Below, piece after piece: positions 54,580 through 59,548 of a DNA stretch of 59,548 nt. The position numbers were made by a program, and so were the translations under genes. Positions within the stretch are counted from its first letter, which is position 1. Each line of letters begins with the position of its first letter. The notes below the pieces were generated by a model that searched no databases, was not told where the DNA came from, and saw nothing but the letters and a program-made list of their open reading frames with translations. This DNA comes from Verrucomicrobiia bacterium (GTDB lineage: Bacteria > Verrucomicrobiota > Verrucomicrobiia > Palsa-1439), in the NCBI GenBank assembly GCA_049511095.1, contig JBEKYJ010000001.1, positions 1 through 59,548 on the forward strand, given 5' to 3'.

Positions 54580-55719
54580 CAAACAAGGCGCTCATCATTG
54601 GCGTTGCGAGAGCTCGCAGCTCATGTCACGAGTGTTTTCACCAGCACCCTGCCCAGTGGCGCGAATTCCAGCAGACACGGACACGCACACAGTAGCCGTC
54701 CCTCGCGGTACGGTGGACGGGGCGGGCGGACTGTTCGGCTTCGCCTGCCCTGTCCCGGTCAATGTACTCACCAAAGCGAAGGGGGGTTGGGCAATTTGAT
54801 GCCAGATTGTTGGGCGATGTCGTCCATCTTCGCCTTGATAGAATTGTAGTCTCCATGATTCCGCATCATTGCCCATTGAGCTACTAGTTCCTTGTATTCC
54901 CGATCCGTAATCTGAGGAGCCAACGCATTCAGCTGTTGGTTGAATAATACGTTCAATTTATGGTCAGCCGAAACCCCCGTCAGAGAGATGAATGCCGCAA
55001 TACAGAATAGAACAGCAAGAACCTGTCCTATTCGTATCCCAATTCTGGCTCGCCTCTCCAATCGCCCAACTACTCCCAGCAGGCGTTCCTTTTCTTTCTC
55101 TAAACCTTCTCTCGTCTCTGGAAGCGGAGCATCCGGCGACGCCTTCTTGGCAATCTGGGGAGCCGCGGTCAAGAACCCGATACTACAGCCGATACTGACT
55201 GATGTTACGAGCGACAGCAACATGATCGAAGACTGATTACGATCACCCCGTGCAGCTGAGGCATAGATGGAATCAACGAACCCCATGTAGACATTCGTGC
55301 CGAACCAGTTCAAAGCATGTCCCATAATTCCCAACAACGGCTGGATAAACACAATGACTATAATCGAAGCGACAACGCTATAGAGGATGGCCTTCCTTGC
55401 ATCGGAATCGGCAATCATAATTGAGCCTCGCCGTCTACTACGTCCAGAAGCATGAGTTGATTATGCCAAACCGTTGCTGAGGGCACAAAACAAAACTGGG
55501 GCCGGTCATGGCCGTTTTATCGGCGTTTCTATTTCGGCTCGACTGTCACCGTTCTTGGCGGTAGAATTCCCAAGTACAGCAGTCATCGATTGCACCGCCA
55601 TCAGTGGAATAACTGCTCGGTTCCGCGCTCCCAGATAGAGTAGAGCAATACTGTATAATAGAGAGTAGAGTAGTACTGCTCTGTACTGGGAGCACTTGAG
55701 AATTGTCCCTTAGAGGGTT
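54580..55719. mobile_element. Integrase-less mini-island or decayed integrative element bracketed by tRNA-derived direct repeats
   Basis: 1140 bp lie between the two perfect 62-bp repeats. Most of it is AT-richer than the flanks: hand-counted 60-nt lines give about 42-55% G+C, against about 60-70% in sampled flank lines. It holds a single credible gene (54768..55418). No recombinase-like translation appears in any frame I read. Confidence 0.6.
54768..55418 (-). CDS. Hypothetical 3-TM membrane protein (island cargo)
   Basis: 216 aa, with GAGG 8 nt upstream of the ATG. Hydrophobic segments are AILYSVVASIIVIVFIQPLLGIMG, SIMLLSLVTSVSIGCSIGFLTAA and IGQVLAVLFCIAAFISLTGV. The C-terminal ~65 aa are soluble and helical. 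I recognise no family. Confidence 0.6.
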   Translation of the reverse strand: MIADSDARKAILYSVVASIIVIVFIQPLLGIMGHALNWFGTNVYMGFVDSIYASAARGDRNQSSIMLLSLVTSVSIGCSIGFLTAAPQIAKKASPDAPLPETREGLEKEKERLLGVVGRLERRARIGIRIGQVLAVLFCIAAFISLTGVSADHKLNVLFNQQLNALAPQITDREYKELVAQWAMMRNHGDYNSIKAKMDDIAQQSGIKLPNPPSLW

Positions 55720-55781
55720 AAATCCCGAGGTGGGTTATACCACCGTGTGGGTTCGAATCCCTCCCCGGGCATTCATTCTCG
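55720..55781 (+). repeat. Direct repeat copy 2 (attR-like): displaced 3' fragment of tRNA-Leu(UAA)
   Basis: Identical to 54518..54579. It lacks the tRNA 5' half, so it is not a functional tRNA. Confidence 0.9.
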
Positions 55782-55810
55782 AATGGCGGTGTCGCAGTCC
55801 CAAGGAAATC

Positions 55811-56542
55811 GTGCCGGAACTTCCCGAAGTCCAAATCATGGTGAACCAACTCGCGCGGCGACTGGAGCGTGGGCGGATTCGGGCGATCGAAGTCCGCGAT
55901 GCAAAGATCAAGTTGCGGCATGATGTGGCGGGGCAGTTGGTGTTGCGGGTGTGGCGGGCGGGCAAGAACATCGTCTTCGATTTGTCGGGCGGGTTGCATT
56001 TGCTGGCGCATTTGCGGATGACGGGCTGGTTCGAGTTTGAGAAACCGGCGCGGTATCGGGCGGCGATCCAGACCAGCCGGGGAACGGCGTATTTTGAGGA
56101 CAGTCGGCGTTTGGGGGTGATGGAGGTTGTGACGCCGTTGGAACTTCACCGGTTGCTGAAGCAACTGGGGCCGGACCCGTTGGTGGACGGCGGTGATTTT
56201 TCGCGGCTGCACATGACGGCGCGGCCGATCAAAGTTGCGCTGCTCGACCAGCGGTTGGTGGCGGGAGTCGGCAACATTTACGCGAGCGAGTCGCTGTGGC
56301 GGGCGCGGCTCAACCCGCGACGGCGGGCGAATCGGCTGGGGCCGGCGGAACTGCGCGGATTGGGGCGGGGCATAGTTGCATCGCTACGCAAGGCGGTCGG
56401 GTACGGGCCGCGCATTTTTGAGGTGCAGAAGTTTGCCGTGTATGATCGGGAAGGGAAACCGTGTCGGCGGTGCGGCACGGCGATCCGGCGCATTACGCAG
56501 GCGCAACGGAGCACGTATTTTTGTCCGCGATGCCAGCGTTGA
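55811..56542 (+). CDS. mutM: Formamidopyrimidine-DNA glycosylase (Fpg/MutM family)
   Basis: ORF 55703..56542 trimmed to the GTG at 55811, so the protein starts (M)PELPEV (catalytic Pro2, Glu3). Contains the H2TH region (LLDQRLVAGVGNIYASE.LWRA) and a C-terminal zinc finger CRRCG...CPRCQ. Confidence 0.88.
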   Translation: MPELPEVQIMVNQLARRLERGRIRAIEVRDAKIKLRHDVAGQLVLRVWRAGKNIVFDLSGGLHLLAHLRMTGWFEFEKPARYRAAIQTSRGTAYFEDSRRLGVMEVVTPLELHRLLKQLGPDPLVDGGDFSRLHMTARPIKVALLDQRLVAGVGNIYASESLWRARLNPRRRANRLGPAELRGLGRGIVASLRKAVGYGPRIFEVQKFAVYDREGKPCRRCGTAIRRITQAQRSTYFCPRCQR

Positions 56543-56675
56543 AAGCCACGGGGGCGAAGCGAATCGTGGGGCCGGGGTGAGTAATATTGGCACGGAGCAA
56601 GCTACTTTTGGCATTGTTACTTGCGAAACACCGTCCGATGAAGCAGATTCGGCTGTTACCAGAGAGGAAACCATC

Positions 56676-57698
56676 ATGAAGATACGCACCATCACTTTTG
56701 CGGTCAGCGCGGTCGCCTTGGCGACGGCCATGACCACGTCGGCCCAAGTCATCATTCGCGGCACGGAATCGTCCGACGGATCCACGACGACCACGACCTC
56801 GACGGTCACCATCAGCACTCCGGATCGGAACATCGTTCCGATCATCAAGGACACCAAGGACGTCAAGGTCAACGACACCACCGAGCAGAGCGAATCAGTG
56901 TTGCGCAGGCGGTTGAACGACGGCAGCTACGTTGAGTCGCAACGGACCACGACCGTCAAGAAGGACCTCTCGCCGGAAAACACCGTCAGTTCCACGGACG
57001 TGGTGGAGAAGGATCGGCAGGGACAGGATCACGTGTCAAGCCATACGGTCCAGGCCGTGAGCAAGTCGGCTGCGGGCGAGACCGCGCAATCGAAGGTGTA
57101 TACGCGCAACAGCAAAGGGGATCTGGTGTTGGATCGCGTGGTGGAAGCCAACACCGTCAAGAGTGACGATGGCGTGGCGAATACGACGCGGGTCGAGAAG
57201 ACGGCGGACGTGAACGGGAACCTGACCCTCAAGAAGCAAGTCGAAGAGGTCGCCGTCGATCGCAGCGCGAATGAGAAGGTGGTCACCGCGAAGACCCGGA
57301 CGGTGGATCACCTGACCGGCGAACTCGCGGTAACGGCGGAAGAGACGAGTTCCATCACGACGCAGGGCAACACCAAACAGACTGAGAGTGTCGTTCACGT
57401 CCCGGGGCGCCTCGGGATGGAGGAGAAGTCCCGCTCGATCACGACCGAGACGACGGCGCCCGATGGTTCCGTCCGGCGGGAGACGATCGAGCAGGGGCGT
57501 TCGATGTATTCGGAAAAGAGCGGCAACCAGATGTTGGAGCCGCTCGTGGCGCAACGCAAGGTCGTCGAGCAGGAAGTGCGCAAGCCTGACGGCACAACGG
57601 TGGTGCAGCGCGAAGTATTTCACCGCGATGTGAATGGTGATTGGAAACCCGAGACATTCTCGACCAAGGGCGCTGACCAGGGCGCCGACAAGAACTAG
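56676..57698 (+). CDS. Secreted protein built from degenerate D/N-G beta-hairpin-like repeats
   Basis: ORF 56376..57698 trimmed to the ATG at 56676 (AGAGAGGA upstream). Signal peptide MKIRTITFAVSAVALATAMTTSAQ. A Thr-rich stretch is followed by at least 8 loosely repeated units such as NDGSYVESQRTTTV, SKGDLVLDRVVEANTV, DDGVANTTRVEKTADV, NGNLTLKKQVEEVAV, PDGSVRRETIEQG and PDGTTVVQREVFHRDV. Confidence 0.6.
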   Translation: MKIRTITFAVSAVALATAMTTSAQVIIRGTESSDGSTTTTTSTVTISTPDRNIVPIIKDTKDVKVNDTTEQSESVLRRRLNDGSYVESQRTTTVKKDLSPENTVSSTDVVEKDRQGQDHVSSHTVQAVSKSAAGETAQSKVYTRNSKGDLVLDRVVEANTVKSDDGVANTTRVEKTADVNGNLTLKKQVEEVAVDRSANEKVVTAKTRTVDHLTGELAVTAEETSSITTQGNTKQTESVVHVPGRLGMEEKSRSITTETTAPDGSVRRETIEQGRSMYSEKSGNQMLEPLVAQRKVVEQEVRKPDGTTVVQREVFHRDVNGDWKPETFSTKGADQGADKN

Positions 57699-57743
57699 CG
57701 ACGCTGTCTGGCGTTAATCCCGTGGATTGGCCGTTGTCTCGGC

Positions 57744-59548
57744 TCACTGGCCGGCGTGCAGTCGGGCGAGCGCGTTGCGCGCGTCGGCGTAATCAGGATT
57801 GATCCGCAGGGCCTGCTCGTAGTGTCCGATGGCGTCTGGAAGTTTGCCGTCACGTTCCAGGGCGGTCGCCAGGTTATAGTGCGCCTCGGCGAGATCGGGG
57901 TTGATCTGGAGCGCTTGGTTCCAATGATCCATCGCCAGCTCGGACCTGCCCATTTGGGCCAGGGCGATTCCCAGGTTGGAATGCGTCTCGGCCAGATCGG
58001 GGTTGATCTGGAGCGCCTGCTCCCAATGTGCGATAGCCTCTGGAAGCCGGCCCAGCCGTGCGAGGGTGACCGCCAAGTTGTTGTGCGTCTCGGCGCTATC
58101 GGGCTTGATTCGCAGCGCTTGCTGCCAATGGGCGATGGCCTCCTGCGACTTGCCCAGGCGGGCACACGCGACTCCCAAGCCATTGAGCGCCGCGGCATCA
58201 TCTGGCTTGACCCGCAGCGCCTGTTCATACTGTTTGATCGCCTCCGGCAGCCGGCCCAGTTGAACCAGGGCGACCCCCAGCTTATCGTGCTCCTCGGCAT
58301 AATGGCTAACGCTCACCAACAGGTTAAACGCCACCGAGAAACCCAGCAGCAGACCCCAACCCCAGCGCGTGGCTCGCCGCCAGACGAGCCGGGTTGCCTG
58401 CCCCGACTTCGAGGTCGGGGCCAGTGCGCGCTCCAATCCGAGGATGCCAACCACGGCCAGCAGCAGCAGGGCCGGCAGGAAGTCCAGCTCATAGCGTAAG
58501 ATCGCGGCCCAGAAGGTACAAACGGTCACCGCATTAATCCCGAAGAGCAGGGCCATTGCCGTCACAAACCAACGCAAGGTCGAGCGCGCCTCCGCTGACG
58601 GGCCGCGCCACGCCAGAGGGACCATGAGGGCCAGCCACACCAGCGGAATGTTCGTCAGGACGCCGAAGGGACTCTGAATCCGCCCATGGCCCGTCGGTAC
58701 GGGTGGCACGGTGATTTGGTGCACGAAGGGGAAATGACCGCTCCAATACGCCGGCTCCAGAAAATAGACGCGGAAATTGAACCAGAGATAGCGCAGACTG
58801 AACAACTGCGTTGTGCCGGGCTTGTATTCGCAGAACAGGTAGCGCGTGCCGAATTCGAACGGATTGTCGAATCGCCGGGCGTTGTAAAGCATCAGCCCCG
58901 ATCCGATGAGCAGGATCGGGCCGGTTGCCGCCAGCAGCGCCGCCCACGGCTGACGCCGGTCACGCCACGCGTGAACCACCGGCACCAGCAGGATTACGGC
59001 GGCGAACAGCAAGTTCGGTCGCGCGCCCACCGCCAAGCCATACGCCACACTGGCGGCCGCCAACCACCGGCACCTCCGTTGTGGCTCGTGCAAGGCGCAC
59101 CAGATCGCCGCCAGCGCCAGCATCGTCAGCATATACCCGCAACTGATCGCCACTTCGTATACATCGGCGTGCGGCAACGTCGCCGGCACGATTGTCGACA
59201 GACCGAGGGCCACCGCGCACGCCGCCACCACCCCGACGCTGACTTCGGCGAAGTAGCGCCGCCACAACGCCCGCAACAGACCCGCGCTGATTACGAATCC
59301 GATCGCGCAAAAAACCACCACCGCTTGTCGATGAAACAGGTAGCGCCCGGTCAGCGCCGCGTACGGCCAGAACAAAAGCAATGCGGGGGTAATCCCGAAA
59401 TAAAGGTATAGCTTGCCCTTGTAGTAGCTCAGGTCGAGTACGCGGCCCAGCGGACCCGGATACTGAGCCCGGGCAACTGGATCGTAGGGGTCGGCGAGTT
59501 GCGCAAACCCGGGGGACGCGTCTTCTTTCAGGTTGAGTTGGCCGGCGC
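57744..59548 (-). CDS. Polytopic membrane protein with C-terminal TPR repeats (PMT/TMTC-like), 5'-partial at the window edge
   Basis: ORF 57744..59381, but the frame stays open to 59548 and reads ...LDLSYYKGKLYLYFGITPALLLFWPY..., so the N-terminus lies outside the window. Many TM segments are followed by about 5 near-identical TPR units (ALQINPDLAETHSNLGIALAQMGR...). Confidence 0.7.
   Translation of the reverse strand, partial: AGQLNLKEDASPGFAQLADPYDPVARAQYPGPLGRVLDLSYYKGKLYLYFGITPALLLFWPYAALTGRYLFHRQAVVVFCAIGFVISAGLLRALWRRYFAEVSVGVVAACAVALGLSTIVPATLPHADVYEVAISCGYMLTMLALAAIWCALHEPQRRCRWLAAASVAYGLAVGARPNLLFAAVILLVPVVHAWRDRRQPWAALLAATGPILLIGSGLMLYNARRFDNPFEFGTRYLFCEYKPGTTQLFSLRYLWFNFRVYFLEPAYWSGHFPFVHQITVPPVPTGHGRIQSPFGVLTNIPLVWLALMVPLAWRGPSAEARSTLRWFVTAMALLFGINAVTVCTFWAAILRYELDFLPALLLLAVVGILGLERALAPTSKSGQATRLVWRRATRWGWGLLLGFSVAFNLLVSVSHYAEEHDKLGVALVQLGRLPEAIKQYEQALRVKPDDAAALNGLGVACARLGKSQEAIAHWQQALRIKPDSAETHNNLAVTLARLGRLPEAIAHWEQALQINPDLAETHSNLGIALAQMGRSELAMDHWNQALQINPDLAEAHYNLATALERDGKLPDAIGHYEQALRINPDYADARNALARLHAGQ

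Noticed and set aside
54580-54767. Integrase or recombinase remnant next to the tRNA-proximal repeat
   Set aside because: I read all frames on both strands. There is no tyrosine-recombinase C-terminal pattern (HDLRHT...LGH...Y) and no serine-recombinase motif, only short GC-rich open frames.
55703-55810. N-terminal extension of mutM offered by the ORF track (start at 55703)
   Set aside because: The extension begins inside the tRNA-derived repeat. Fpg requires an N-terminal Pro after Met removal, and the in-frame GTG at 55811 gives the canonical PELPEV.

Overview
High-GC bacterial chromosome segment. Protein sequences and gene content look PVC/Verrucomicrobia-like, but this is not proven. Positions 4.5-36.6 kb are one uninterrupted plus-strand translation/transcription supercluster: tRNA-Thr, tuf, rpmG, tRNA-Trp, secE, nusG, rplKAJL, rpoBC, rpsLG, fusA, then the S10, spc and alpha operons through rplQ. 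To the left lie an IS630 transposase relic, tRNA-Leu(CAA), glmS and glgC. To the right lie a dUTPase_2-like gene, a multi-GAF/PAS histidine kinase with an ANTAR response regulator, trxB, and a minus-strand xseA-xseB-dxs-tlyA-nadK-EIIA(Ntr) operon. A patchy accessory zone follows at 47-59.5 kb. There are three main leads. (1) A gene for an exported coiled-coil protein sits tightly between rpsS and rplV inside the S10 operon (23569..24336). (2) tRNA-Leu(UAA) is followed 1.14 kb downstream by a perfect 62-bp repeat of its 3' part. The repeats bracket an integrase-less, AT-richer mini-island whose only gene encodes a 3-TM protein (54483..55781). (3) An AT-rich ~1.9-kb insertion separates a pteridine-reductase-like SDR from a QueD/PTPS gene. 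It truncates an SRAP (YedK-like) gene and carries a 2TM/beta-rich protein plus a GNAT acetyltransferase (49266..51275). I saw no CRISPR array, rRNA or intact mobile element. No known multi-gene defense system is recognisable. All calls come from reading the sequence and ORF translations; no searches were run.
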